A DNA stretch of 64,000 nucleotides from Yuukianura sp. NJ FZ-2021 (lineage: Eukaryota), in assembly GCA_046563655.1 (NCBI GenBank), contig CM102283.1, positions 372,001 to 436,000 of the forward strand, read 5' to 3'. Under the pieces are notes generated by a model. That model was given only the letters and a program-made list of their open reading frames with translations. It was not told where the DNA came from and ran no database searches. Below are positions 1-14,100 of this stretch, piece after piece. The position numbers were made by a program, and so were the translations under genes. The first letter of the stretch is position 1. Each line of letters begins with the position of its first letter.

Positions 1-1
1 T

Positions 2-475
2 TCAATCTTTAAACAACTTATCACTACTCCAACGAGGGGAAACTCAACACTAGATCTTATTTTCACCAATTGCCCAGAAATTGTGACAAGCACAGTAGTC
101 ATTAATCCTGGCATTTCGGACCATCTTTCAACTCATGTAACGGTCACCCTTAAAAAGCCGAAACTCCCCAAAGTAAAAATCAAATACGAAGACTACAAAA
201 ACTTCGACTACGAAGAATTTGGGCTAAAGCGTGTGTTTACTTCATTTGACAAAAACAATAGAGACTTAGAATTGCAATTTCAAGAACTTATCTCCAAAAT
301 CGGCAAACATTTCACAGACACGATCCAAACAAAGACTATCTCATTAACACAACGAACGATACCACTCCAATTATCAGAGAAAACAAAATCCCTCATCACC
401 CAGCGTGATTTACTGATTAATTCGTTGAACTTGTCTTTAGTTCAGAAAGAAAACCTATATTTCAGTCTCTCCTAG
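2..475 (+). pseudogene. Non-LTR retrotransposon ORF2 fragment (C-terminal part of the APE endonuclease), CR1/L2/Jockey-like
   Basis: Frame from position 2 reads KQLITTPTRGNSTLDLIFTN...PGISDH, the PTR..LDL..N and SDH motifs that close LINE APE endonucleases. Truncated at the window edge and downstream. Confidence 0.75.
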
Positions 476-485
476 AAAAACAGCG

Positions 486-1690
486 TTATTCTATCGGGGT
501 ATCCCTCTGCTTTCCCCGATTTAACCTCCCTGACCTCTTTGTTAAGTCAAGTAGGGAGGACAGAGGGATGTCTGCAAGGTCTGTTCTATCTAGGAATGCT
601 TTCCCAAACAGAACAAGCCTAGTACGGGCGTGCCCCTCGCATCCCAACAGAAAATGGTCTCTACTTTCCTCCTCCTTCCCACAGACACTGCAGGTTGGGG
701 AGCCCGCAAGTCCTATTCTGTATAGGTGCTTTGCTAGCAAGCAATGTCCGGTCACAATCATAGCCAGTAGACGCAAAGATCCTCGGCCGAGGCTTAGACA
801 GAACTTTGCCGTTTTTTTGCTGAAACTAGTCAGCAGCGTTTTTGCGTCTTTGCAGTCCTGGCTGTTTCTCCACCTTTCCTCGTGGCACTGCTTCCCCCAT
901 CTGCTGATAGCATTGTGTACAGTGCTCACAGGTACAGGTAGAGTAGGCGCAGGACCAACAAATGGTATTTCCGTTGCTTCCTTAGCTAATCCATCGACAG
1001 TCTCGTTCCCTTCGTACCCGCTATGTGCTGGTATCCAGTGTACTGTGACTTGCCTGGTGTTGGCCAATGTGTTGAACGCGTCAAAGCATTCTCTAACCAT
1101 GCCAGCTTGTGGCCAAGGGCTAATTAGAGAGTCTAGAACGCTCTTTGAGTCTACGTAAATGTGCGCGGGGAAGGCATTTCTTTGAAGTAATAGTCTTCTC
1201 GCCGCACCTAAAAGGGCAAAAACCTCCGCCTGGGGCACGCTAGGGTGCTCTCCCAGAGGTAGTTTGTACCCTTTTGCTGGTCCATCCGGTGGAACGATGT
1301 AAAACGCTGCACCAGATTTCCCGTCAATGCGTGAACCGTCAGTGTAGCAGTTTATCGCATCACCCGGAGGACCATGTTTTGCCTTTTCCTTCCACTGCTT
1401 CCTTGAGATCACTTCTATTTCAAAGAATCTCTTAGTCGGCAGTGTGTTATATCTCTCGCAAGGAAATCCAATTTCTGGGATATCGCATGCGAATGATTCG
1501 CAAACTTGTGCGTGAGTTTGGGTCTTCAGAAAGTTGACCCTAGCGGAAATCCAATCACTAGAGATTCTAAGCCGGTGCATGGTCCGGAGTACAACCTCCT
1601 TAAGATGGATGTCTAGCGGTCTTAGGTTCAATAGAGCCTCCATGGCTGCTGTCGGTGTAGATTTCATCACTCCGAAAGTCGCCAACAGGG
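486..1690 (-). mobile_element. 5'-truncated non-LTR retrotransposon (LOA/I/R1-like): RT connection region, RNase H and C-terminal CCHC
   Basis: ORF 486-1685: STPTAAMEALL, YTDGS, QAEVFA, IYVDS, WIPAHSGYEGNETVDGLAK (RNase H) and CSVC..EESRDHFLLGC zinc knuckle. Confidence 0.88.
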
Positions 1691-1966
1691 CAGCTCTTTG
1701 AACCTTGACAACATCATGGCCTTACCAATCGAGCTTCGGTCAATGCTGTCCAACGCATTTCCAACTAAAGTACGTGCCACTTTATTCAAATTCCTTATCG
1801 AGTCTCAGCGTATCTCGGAATTGAAGATGTTAGAACAGATGGACGATGGCCTAGAATTGCTACTCCATATTTTTAACACATCTTAATCATTTTATAAATT
1901 TAAATTTTAAAATTAATTTCTCAATTTCACATTATTTACCATTCGCATTATAATTACTTTTCAACC

Positions 1967-2057
1967 AGGAGGAAAGTAACAAGTAACACATAAAACGTAG
2001 CTCCCGACAAATTGATTTTTAGCGGTGAAATAATCGTCCTACCTGCCAGTGTCATAC
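1967..2057 (+). repeat. About 91-bp dispersed repeat, inverted copy at 39358-39449
   Basis: aggaggaaagtaacaagtaacacataaaacgtagctcccgacaaattg...ccagtgtcatac matches the reverse complement of 39358-39449 with about 3 differences. Confidence 0.85.
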
Positions 2058-3885
2058 CCAACCTGCTCCTCGTGTTTAATAAATCCTTGGCTGGAAATGC
2101 TTTATTGAGCCATGTTTCCTTCCATGTGTGACAAAATGCGTCTTTTGTCATCATGGGGTCTTTCCCTGGGGAAAGCCTATAGTTACTCCCTCCACACGAG
2201 CATAAATTTACAACTGGCATACGAGAAACAAAAGGGAAAAGGCCGCTTACTTTCAGAAAGCCTTTGATCAGATTCTGCACACAGCCCCAAAAATCCCGCT
2301 GCTTCCAACAGCAGCACCCACAATTCCAACAAATTCCGTGTCCAAAACCATATGATTCATACGAAACCAACAACGCAAAGAATCCACGGCGTTCAACTAA
2401 AGCCCTCTATGTACAGTCCAACCGGAAAATCAAACTCAGTCGACGGAAACAGATGGGACGGTAGCAGTAATTGAATTCTCCATTTAATACACTAACCAAA
2501 ACACGAATTACAAAAACAATTAAATTCAATCTATTCCAACTCGCAGGTAGTCAAAATTAAAAAATGCTTATTCCCTCATTCGTTTTCCTCAAAAATTCTA
2601 AAAAAAAAACAACTTCTATAAAACTTAAGTTTAACTTAGTTTGAAATTTTGCGTTCAAATGCATTGTAGCGCTTTCTCTTGATCAAGGAAGCGACAGGTG
2701 AGCGTGGTTCCTTGCACTTTTCATAGGATCCTAAAAATCGCAAATTTTCCCATGAGTTTTAAAAATTTAATATTTTTTCTTGGCTCGAATTCGAAATAAG
2801 TTTTCCTCTTTAAAAAAATTGTAGAGGAACTTGTAGGATGTTAACTTTGTGAACAAGGCAAAGAGACAAGAAAGCTGAGAGGTGTAATTAGACACACGAA
2901 AGGAGGAAGGAGGAATGCAATTGGCATTCGGTTCTCTTAAGTGCCACAATTCCAAAGTCTCTTCCTTTCCAAAAACACTTTTTGTTCTTATTCGGATTTG
3001 ATTTCCCTGGAGGAGAAACCGGTTTTTAAAAAGAAGTTCAAGAAGAAAGTCCTTCCTTTGGCTACTTGTGCGTTAATCACAGTAATTGACTCAAATTCTC
3101 TTCCGTCCTTCCTTTCAACAATCAGCCTTCACACGTACACTCATCTCCACCTTCTACAGTCCAATTACTGTAAACATAATTACAAAGAAACAAGACTCAA
3201 AATACACCACCCCTATGATCTCTCGCAAAAACTAAAAATTTTTAAAATTTCAAAAACAAGTATGTTAAATTTTAATTTTTAATTCCCCGTGAAATATTCA
3301 CCAAAATTCAACTCTGTTTTGCAAAAGTTCAACCTACCCACCAGATTCCAAGTTTTGAAAAGTGACAAGTACCTAAGTGCCATAAAGTCATAAACTGAGC
3401 AGGTCAATTTGAATGCGAAAATGAACCACATTGTGCAAACTCAAGTTGGCAAAATGGAATGTTTGCAAATTGTGGAGGTGACTTTAGGTGAAAAACGAAG
3501 GGGGCTTAGAGCCTGCCTCCTTTGTTTGGACATTGGTTGAAATTCAATTAAAATGTTGAGGAGCAGCGTTTTCATTCCCCTCATAAATGATTCCCTCTGC
3601 AGACTTTGTGTTTTATTGTTTTATTCCTTTATGATTTTATTCTCCAAGAGAAGTTCGTAGAAGTGGGTTCGACTTCTTCTTTAAGTCGTTTCATCACACT
3701 AAAACTTCATTCCACTCCCTACAACTCACTTCGGCAAAAACGGAAGAAGGAGAGGCCGAAACGATCATAAAAGTGGAAGAATAATGCAACACTCATAACT
3801 GATCGCATGACATCCAATTACGACATAACCCAAACACAATGCAGCTACACGAATATGACCTACAGTTACTCCAACTTCGGAAAAA

Positions 3886-4287
3886 TTTTGATTCAGTGGT
3901 AAAATTCTGAAAATGTTTGTGCGGACACTACATGGACCCCTGATAACAAAAAGCAAAAAAAATTTGACCGGAAATCAAAAACCGATTCTTAAAAAACCTA
4001 ACCTAACCTAACCTAACTTGACACTAAATAGACTCTAACTTTTTTGTTGTTCACTTTTTTGGAAAAATTCTTTCAGAATCGTGTTCAGCATACTTGAATT
4101 AGCCTAGAAACCGATTTTCATGCAATTCGGAGAAAAAAAAATTTTTTTTTCAAAATTTTGAAAAAAAAAAATCGAAATTTTTTTTTGATTTCCGGTCAAA
4201 TTTTTTTCAGTTTTTTGTTATCAGGGGTCCATCTAGTGTCTGCACAAAAATTTTCAGAATTTTCAGAATTTTACCACTAAATCAAAA
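3886..4287. mobile_element. MITE-like element with about 95-bp imperfect inverted arms and an internal (AACCT)n tract
   Basis: 3886-3980 (ggacccctgataacaaaa...ttgaccggaaatcaaaa) is inverted at 4183-4287. TSD not resolved. Confidence 0.65.
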
Positions 4288-6865
4288 GTCTACCCCAACT
4301 TCAAAAAATCATTTTCAAAAAGTCTAGCAAATGGCAAAAAAAACTTCAGCGACTGTTAGACGCCGTGAAAGTGGCGGGAGTTGTAAAACGATGAGCCCAG
4401 AAAGTGCAGATTCATTTGAGATACAGAAACTCCACGTCCACATCTCTTGGTAGGTTACGCTAGCTAGGTTACTCGACATCTCTGCAGAGAAAGCTCACTT
4501 TCTCCACGTCCCAGAAGATGATTGATTTTTCTAGGTCGAGACTCCGCAGTTCCCGAACCAAGAAAATGAAAACTGCTGGAGGTCATTGACCTCTTTGGCC
4601 CCTGGACCGAGAAAAAGCCAGTCGATGTGACACGGGACACGAGAATCAAATCAAACCTAACCTAAGACTCATCCTCATTCAGCCCACCAAACGAAGTCCC
4701 ACGGAAAGAAATGAAACAAAAGAACAACACAATCCAGTCGTCTCCAAAGTCAACAAATGTTTAGAGAAAAGACTTTCTCTCTCTCTCCTCTGAACAAACA
4801 AAGACAATCAAGCAGAGACGAAACTAAACGAACTTCAAATACACAGCTTCATCAAAATCAAAACAAGAAAAGAGACCACGGTCTCACAAAATACGGAAGA
4901 AATTTCATCACAAAACTGAAGAAAAAATAAACTAAACTGAAAAATGTGAAAAGAAATAAAATTCTGGGACATTTCAGGCTTGAGTGAAAGGAAAAATAAA
5001 AAACACGCACAGTCAACATTTTGTTCTCAAATTCTTTTCCGCATAACATTTTTCTGAATTGTTCCAACTCAATGGATCAGAATTTCAAGTTTCTGGCTTA
5101 TTTTGAATTTAGATTTTTCAGAATCCTTTTTTCTTGACTCTTTTTTTCATAACAATGAAGTGCTAATTTCTGTGACACTTTTTCTTGGCAAATTCTCTCC
5201 TAAATTTTCTTGTTCAAGTTTAATTTGCACATTCTATGTCGTTGGCTTGCTTTTCTCGGAAAAAGTGACTCACACGCCCATCCATTATAATCTTACACAG
5301 TAATTTGTCTCTTGCATCTCTGTTGAATCATGCTCCAATTTCACTTCCATGATTCACTCTCACTGATTTTAAAATTTTGAAGAAAAAAACTGTCGTCCTC
5401 TACTGTATTATTAGTACAATGGAAATTCTTCTCCATATTCAACCACACCTTCCAAAATTGATTCAAAGTACGCAGTCTATAAAAGTCTAATTGAGTCGCT
5501 CACAAATAGTAATTAATTACACGTTTTCAACTTTCGTCACAAACTGTCCGAAAAACCGAAAAAGCTAACCGGACCTTTTAGTCGCAGTGTTTAAAACTTT
5601 AAAATTCCAATTCCAAGTTCTACAAGTTATACAAAACTAGAATCGTTTTTAGTTAAAATATAATAACATATTGTTCCTGTTCTCCAACAAAGTTATTTTG
5701 AAGTGGCCTTTCGTGAGGAGTTGAGAGGGTTGGCATGAATTTGTATTATGCTATGATATTTCTATTTCTACTACTATATAAAATATTTTACTCATCCCAT
5801 GTGCTAATTCGATGGTCTCCACCGTATCTCCTCCAGATCCACTTCAGGAGCTCACAAAAAACTAGAAACCGGTCCAAGGAGCCTTTAAAATCCGAACATC
5901 CTTCCAGAATAGGTCCAGAAAATACCCAAAAAGAGCAGTGGCATGGCTCAGGCATTGCCTCGAGGCATCTCCATCAAATTGGAACTTCAGAAATCAAGTA
6001 GTTTCATTTTTTTAGAGAAGGTTTTAGCTTAAGAAGGAACAATTCTGAAGATTCTGAGGAAGAGGAGGGTTGGAGTGCAGGTGCAATTATGGGTTATTAA
6101 TTAAGGATATCACTTTAAATCGGTTCCAGGTCATAGCCGCCAATCCAAAAGCGGCCAATCAAATAGGAGCCAATCAATAGCGGCCAATTTCTAAAGCGGC
6201 CAGTCCCTTAGGGGCCAATCCTAAAGCGGCCAATCCCTTAGCGGCCAATTCTGAAGCCGCCAATTTCTAAAGCCGCCAATTTCTAAAGCGGCCAATTTCT
6301 AAAGCGGCCAATTCCTTAGCGGCCAATCCTAAAGCGGCCAATTTCTAAAGCGGCCAATTTCTAAAGCGGCCAATCCCTTAGCGGCCAATTCTGAAGCCGC
6401 TAATTTCTAAAGTGGCCAATTTCTAAAGCGGCCAATTCCTTAGCGGCGAATTTCTAAAGCGGCCAAATTCCAAAGCCGCCAATTCTAAAAGTCGACAAGC
6501 CGCCAAATCCAAAGACACAAATCTAACAGTCCATAGTTTATGTACAAATAATCTAATACTTATACTAATCCTTGTTATAATGCTTGCTTAAAAAATTGTC
6601 TAAATTTTGCACCATAAAATGCTTCTTCAGCTTCTGAAGTAGGTGGTTGAAATGAAGTCTTCCTTTATTCCACAGAATTCTAACTGAGGTTGAGTGTGCT
6701 AGTGGTTAGAGCACAGTGCTGAAAAATTGCCTGGAATGGCAGGCTTAAGTTCGAGGCCCAGTTGGGTAGGGATTTTTTTTCTTATTTGTCGCATTTAAAA
6801 AACTTTATGTTAGGTCAAGGTTATCTCACCATTACATTTCAGTTTGGAATGTTGCTCAAAATGGG

Positions 6866-7569
6866 TTGTTACAGATCGTATTGCAGCCAAAGTCCATCTT
6901 GACTGACTTCGAAATGGCATGTCTGAAGGCCTTCAGCTCTTCCTTTCCAGCGGCAGAACAAAGGGGTTGCTACTTCCACTACACGCAATGTCTCTGGCGC
7001 AAGTTGCAAAAAATTAACGACCTCTTAAGCAATTACAACTCGGATTCCGATTTTGCATTGCAAGTTCGCCAGCTCGGATCTCTGCCATTTGTTCCAGTTG
7101 ATGACGTCACGTCCAGTTTCGATAATCTTTCCAACACACCATTCTTTGTACAGAATGAAGAAACACTTCGACCTTTAATGGATTACTTTGAAGACAACTG
7201 GATCGGTCGGCCAGGAAGAGCACGCAGGTGCGAACCTGTCTTCAAGTACTCCTTGTGGAACTGTCATCAGGCAACAGCAGACGGCATCCCGAGAACAAAC
7301 AACGCACTGGAAGGCTGGCATAAACGTTTCAGTACACTACTCGGAGCTGACCATCCTAGTATTTGGAAGTTTATTGAAGCAATACAGGATGAACAAGTGT
7401 CACGGAATTGAAGCTAAATCAATTACAGGCTGGAACTTCAATTCAAAATCAACGAAAAAAGTACAGGGATTTGCAAAAAAGACTCTTGAAAATCGTTGAG
7501 CGTTATGGTGAACTTACCGTTTCTGAATTTTTACTCGGTATTTCCCATAACATTAAGTTTCATGTTTAG
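6866..7569 (+). pseudogene. MULE transposase, C-terminal half, frameshifted near 7410
   Basis: ILTDFE, GCYFHYTQCLWR, YFEDNWIG, PRTNNALEGWH and HPSIWKFIEAIQDEQ are Mutator transposase motifs. N-terminal half absent. Confidence 0.85.
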
Positions 7570-8116
7570 TTAATTAGCTAGTTTTTGGTATTTGGATTTC
7601 AGCAACATTTGTTCGCTTTTGTTCGTTGTCGTGTCTCACGACAATTTATGTTAGACTAAGTGAAAAAATTCAACTTTAGACTGCATTTCTTATTCTTAGT
7701 GCTTAGTAAACAATAAATCAATGAATCGGTTACTCTACTGTGATCTTTGAAGTGGCGGTTTTTCGAATTGTCGGTTTTAGGATTGTCGGTTAAAGGATTG
7801 GTGGTGATTGGAATTGGCGGCTTTAGAATTTGACGGCTTTAGAATTTGACGGCTTTAGAATTGGCGGCTTTAGAATTTGGCCGCTTTAGAAATTGGCCGC
7901 TTTAGGATTGGCCGCTAAGGAATTGGCGGCTTTAGAATTTGGCCGCTGTAGAAATTGGCCGCTTTAGGTTTGGCCGCTAAGGAATTGGCCGCTTTAGAAA
8001 CTGGCCGCTTTAGGATTGGCCGCTTTAGGATTGGCCGCTAAGGGATTGGCCGCTTTAGAAATTGGCCGCTATTGATTGGCTGCTATGGGATTGGCCGCTT
8101 TTGGATTGGCTGCTAT

Positions 8117-11100
8117 TGTTGGCGGGTAAACCGACAGTTCATGATTTTAGGCTAATTTTAGTTTACATTTCTCGTGCATTTCAATTCTTAGAATAAGGTT
8201 ATTAGGTTATTTTTACTTAAAGTTACAGGCAGTAGAGACACTCGTTTCTTCCCTTCTAAACTTCTAACTTACACACACTAATTTACATTGTGTTCTCATT
8301 CTGGTGTTTCTTTACATTACTAAGGATTAGGAATACTCATTCCTCCCTTTACAATTCAGTTTGTCTTTCTTAGTTTATAAATACTAGTGACACACAGTCA
8401 CTCAGAGTTCAGTCTACTTTCAGCTCAGTAACCATCTTCTTTCATTCTTACAAACATTCAATAAAATACAATAACGTAAATTCTCGATGTCTTGATCTCT
8501 CTGTGGCTTCACCACAAGTCATTCACTTGCTCTCCCACATTTCTCATCTGAGGTCACGGAGGTCAACGAACATTTTGGTGCCGAAAGGCGGTTACTGCCG
8601 AAAGCCTGGACCCAGACTAATACCACTTCACATTCAACATGGCGGAAGTCCTCTCTCTCGTCCTTAAGCGGACAGCCCAGAAGCACAAACTGGCGAAAAT
8701 CCTACGGGACGTAAGTAACGTCGACTCTCCGCCTACACAGTTTGAACTCCACAAACTACTGGATCAAACTGAAAAGATCGAAGGTACTGTTCAATCCATT
8801 CAAAATGAAATCCTAACGTATATTTCTAACGAGGATGATCTAATGCCTCAACTTGAAGCTTCAGAACAGATTGATGACATGATTGTTAAGATCCATGGTC
8901 TTATCAATGGAGAGTTAGCGAAGCTGGATTCCCACACACAGAGTGGATCCACCCAGACCTCCGCTCCGTCAGTCGCTCATCCATCGTCTAAGGTCAAGTT
9001 ACCTTAGCTTGACCTTCCCACTTTCTCTGGCAGTTACGAAGACTGGCCATCCTTCCGAGATCAATTCGAGGCTTCCATCGTCAACAATGGTGGTTTGTCT
9101 GGTTGCGAAAAGCTGCAGTATCTAAAGTCATCTCTCAAGGACGATGCACTAAAGATAGTCTCGCCATTCGTAATCACTAATGCTAATTTTCAGGATGCTT
9201 GGGATTTGTGTATCGAGCGATACAATAATACGCGCGAGATCGCATTTTCATTGTTGCGAAAATTGTTTAATCTTTCTAAACTATTTCAGGAAAATGCGAC
9301 TTCACTGAGGAACCTGGTTGATATGTTCGACCAGTGCGTGAGACAGTTACGGAACCTTAACCGTAACGTTGACCAATGGGACGATGTTCTGGTCTTTACC
9401 ATAATGGAAGAGTTGGACCCTGACACCAAGAGGGAATTCCCCATCCAACTTTCAGGAACGAACGTTCCTACCTACAAGGAGGTCAAGGACTTTCTTGAAC
9501 AACATATTCGTGGTCTCCAGAGCATCTCATCAGCGTCAACAAAACAACCTCAGAAGTCGTCTGACCGTAAGAAGGTCCATGCAGTGAACACTGCAAAATG
9601 CGTTCTTTGCTCAGAGCCACACCCATTATTCAAATGTGGAAAGTTCAATGCCATGACCATTGCTCAACGGATGGACACAGCAAAGGCTCAGCACCGTTGC
9701 TTCAACTGTCTTGGGATTTCTCATACTCCCAAGAATTGTCACTCCAAGTCTCGCTGTCGTGTGTGTCAAAAGCCACATCACACTCTTTTGCATGTCAACA
9801 ACGAATTTGTTCCTTTCACAAACCAGGTAACTAATCCTAATGCTCATTTGACTAATCCGTCTACTTCTGTTCCCACAGCCACAGCCAGTTGCAACCACAA
9901 CTCCGGCTACGGTGTCCTCCTTGGAACGGCAGAAGTCTACGTAATGGATGCTACTGGAGCCTACCAAACCTGCCGTGTCCTTTTGGATCCAGGAGCTGAG
10001 GTTTCCTTTAGCACCGTTCGGTGCTGTCAGCGACTTGGTCTCTCACAGACAAAGTCCAACGTCACCATCAACGGAGTTGGTGCCACTACAGTTGGTAAAG
10101 CAAAGGGAAAAACCATGTTGCAAATCAAATCTAAATGTAATGATTTTACGTTGTCGGTGGAAGCTCTTGTTCTTTCCCAGGTCACAGGACAACTGCCCTC
10201 CTTTAGGTGCGGTGACACCTGGAAAAAATGGACCCACCTTCAGAATCTGACCTTGGCTGACCCCAGATACATTGACCCGAGGGAAGTTGACATTCTACTT
10301 GGGGCTGAGGTCACACACAGAATCTTCACTGGTCAGACTCTTTCTTCTCGGGTTGATCAACCCGCTGCATGCTCGAGCCACTTCGGTTGGGTGGTCATGG
10401 GACCTGTCCATACTCCACCAGTGCAGTCTTATACGGCCCACTGCCACACAGTCTCTCTGGATGGAGCCATCCAACGCTTGTGGGAGCTCGATCACGTCCC
10501 AACTCGGATGCAGTTGACACAAGAGGAGAGTGACGCAGAGAACCACTTTACAACTCACCACTCTCGTACACAGGATGGAAGATACATTGTTCCACTTCCA
10601 TTCAAACCCAACATTTCGGAACTCGGATCATCACGATCGATTGCATTACGGAGACTCCACCACACTAAACGTCGGCTGGATCGACTCCCGCAACACAAAA
10701 GTGAGTACGTAAAGTTCATAAATGATTATCTCAATTTAGGTCATATGGAACAAGTCCCACCATCGGAAGAAGGAGAACAATTCAAGGATGGATCCATCCA
10801 GACGTACTACTTCCCACATCACTTCGTTTTGAAGGAGGATAGTACAACAACCAAACTTCGTGTGGTTTTTGATGGTTCGTGTGAATCAAATTCAGGTTTG
10901 TCACTAAATAAGTGCCTAATGGTAGGGCCAACTATTCAACCTGATTTGTTTACGCATCTAATCAAATTCCGATTGGATCCAATCGTTTTAAAGGCTGACA
11001 TAACAAAAATGTATCGCCAGTTCTCAGTTTTAGAGTCAGACTCCAACTTCCAGCGGATCCTTTGGCGGCCAACTCCTGATCAGCCTATTCGGGAGTACAG

Positions 11101-14100
11101 GCTATAAACAATTACGTATGGAACCTCTTCGGCTCCATTCGGTGCCATTCGGGCCCTAAACCAACTTGCTATGGACGAAGGAGATCACTTTCCTTTGGCC
11201 AGGCAAGCAATAATTGAACGTTTTTATGTAGATGATTTTTTAGGTGGTGACTCATCAGTTCCAAAAGTGGTGGAAACTTACCACCAATTGACCAAACTAC
11301 TCGCTCGTGGACAACTGTCAATCACTAAGTGGACTTCAAACTCTCCGGAAGTCCTACAGGAGATTCCTTCGCACCTGGTGGAGATCTCCACTCAATCACT
11401 GGCGGATGGATCAAGCACAAAGGCATTGGGCGTTCAATGGACTCCAAATTCTGATCTTCTCCATTTCACTGGATTTAGGTTTGACCAAACCTCGGTAATA
11501 ACAAAACGTACCATTTTAAGTGACATTGCAAAGTTATTTGATCCACTGGGGCTACTCGCTCCATTTGTCGTGTCGGTAAAAGTTTTCTTTCAGAGTCTTT
11601 GGACCTTGGGCATTGGTTGGGATGATAACCTGCCCGAGGACTTGGTAGAAAGGTGGACCCACCTTGGCTCGTCATTGTCATGTCTTAGTGACATTGCCAT
11701 TCCACGTTGTGTGATTACACCAAATTACCAACGAATGGAATTACATGGATTTTCGGATGCCTCCGAAAGAGCCTGTTGTGCCGTGGTCTACCTCAGGACA
11801 TTTAATAACGATCTGCCAATATCACGAATTCTTACTTCCAAGACAAAAGTAGCGCCTGTCAAGGCACAGAGCATACCGAGGCTCGAACTTTGTGGTGCTT
11901 TATTATTATCGAAACTAATCTCTTTTCTTTTATCTAGTTTAGATCCAAACTGTCATGTCTACTGTTGGACTGACAGTGAAATCACTTTGCGATGGATCTC
12001 ATCTTCGTCTCGTCGCTGGGTCCCCTTCGTGGCCAATCGGGTTTCGCAAATCCAAGAGCTCACACCAGTCGAATCTTGGCATTTCATCCCTGGGACACTC
12101 AACCCTGCCGATTGCGGAACAAGAGGGATCCCTCTTAATGAGCTCGTGGATAATCAGCTCTGGTGGAACGGACCGGATTTTCTGTCAGAACCACAATTAC
12201 CTTCGTTCTCCAGTTCACAATCACTCTCATCTGAGCATCTGAAGGAAGAACGTAAGGTCAAGGTCCTAACCATTCAAATGTCTTTTCCCATTCTGAACAG
12301 GTACTCATCATTTCTGCAACTCCTTCGTGTCATCGGGTCACTTCTCGTGTTCATGCTTAGAGCTAAGCAGAAGTCGGCACCGATGCTACGATCAGTCGAC
12401 TTTTACCGAATGGCTATTCGGAAAGTCATTCAACTGTCGCAACAGGAATACTTCCAGGAAGAAATCCAGTCTCTGACTAAAAAGGGTAAAGTCAAACAAT
12501 CCAGTTCGCTGCTCTCTCTTTCCCCATTTTTGGATTCGGATGGATCTCTTCGTGTCGGTGGTCGGCTCCACCTGGCATCGCTCCCAGAAGCTGCCAAACA
12601 CCCTCTGATCATACACGGAAAGTCCTCAGTCACTAAACTACTCGTCCAGCATTACCACCACAAGCATCATCATGCTGGGAATCGTCTTCTGCTCTCACTT
12701 CTACGCCAGGATTATTGGATTGTCCACGCACGAGATTTGATCAAATCTGTCATCTCTCGCTGCCTCAGATGTAAGCTGTTGAGACAAAAGACGGCAACAC
12801 AACTCATGGGTACACTGCCTCAACCAAGAGTCACGATGTCACCTACGTTTCATCACACTGGTTTGGACTACGCTGGTCCATTTACACTCCAATCTGTCAA
12901 AGGACGAGGGCAGAAACAATTCAAAGGCTACTTCTGCATCTTTATCTGCCTCTCTACGAAAGCCGTTGATGTGGAATTCGGAACCGAACTATCCACCGAA
13001 TCCTTCCTTGGAAGTTTCAAACGGTTTGTCTCGCGACGGGGTAACCCACTACATTTGTATTCTGACTGTGGCACAAATTTTGTAGGTGCTAACAACGAGT
13101 TGATGGATTTGGTGAACTCTCACCAGTTCAACTCGGAAGTTTCGTCTTATTTTGCAGAATCACAGACTCATTGGCATTTCAATCCTCCGTCTGCTCCTCA
13201 TCATGGTGAAATCTGGGAGGCAGCAGTACGTTCTGTTGAATTCCATTTGAAGAGGATCATTGGGACCACCACTTTAACGCTTGAGGAATTTGCTACAATT
13301 CTTTGCCAAGCGGAAACAGCGCTGAACTCCCGACCTCTTCTACCGATGTCCAGTGACACATCCGATTTAGGTGTGATCACACCTGGCCACTTCCTCGTCG
13401 GCAGACCTCTCCTCGCCGCTCCTCAACCAGATCATGCTGATGTCAAGGTCGATCGCCTCTCACGTTGGCAGTTGCAGGAGAAGCTATTCCAAACGTTCTG
13501 GAAGGTCTGGTCTCTCGAATACCTAACATCCCTCCAACAGCGAGTCAAGTGGACTAAGAAGAACAACAACTTAACAATCGGAGATCTCGTGGCCATCAAA
13601 GATGACAATTTACCCCCTCTAAAATGGAAACTGGCTCGTGTCATCAACGTTCACCTGGTCCAGACGGACTAGTTAGAGTCGTCACTCTTCGTACGGCCCT
13701 CGGAGAACTCCAACGTCCAATCGTCAAAATTGTCCCACTTCTATCTAACGACGAGTTATCTTCAACTTAGTTTTGTATTTTACTTCATCTTAATTCATTT
13801 TAACTTTATTTTATCTTAATTTTAAGGCTAATTTAGGTTAAGTCATCTTTTCATTTAGTTAAGATCTTAACTTTTTAGTTTTAAGTTTTTGACAACATTT
13901 AATTGTAATTTTAAGTTAACTGATCGATTTATCAATCAGCATGTCACAAAGTTTCCCACACATTTGTAAGCGGTTTGCTGAGGCGCCTTGGCTAGAATCG
14001 CTTGAGCTGTAGGAGGTCACGCAAATTGGGTCTCCTCTTAGTTTTGACGGAGGTTGAGGGTGACGTTTCGCACTGCCCGAGGACCCATCCGACCTGCAGT

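Noticed and set aside
568-1158. 196-aa plus-strand ORF
   Set aside because: Antisense shadow of the RNase H-encoding LINE ORF.
2252-2360. Minus-strand hydrophobic stretch ending at a GTAAGC donor
   Set aside because: No in-frame ATG and not phase-compatible with the Eph exon; cannot support an exon call.
6683-6780. tRNA-like A box and B box inside the Mutator element
   Set aside because: No convincing cloverleaf; at most a decayed tRNA-derived SINE head.
9000-9012. Programmed readthrough of the TAG in BEL 1
   Set aside because: It replaces a conserved Lys in KLPKL and the element has other lesions; simple decay.
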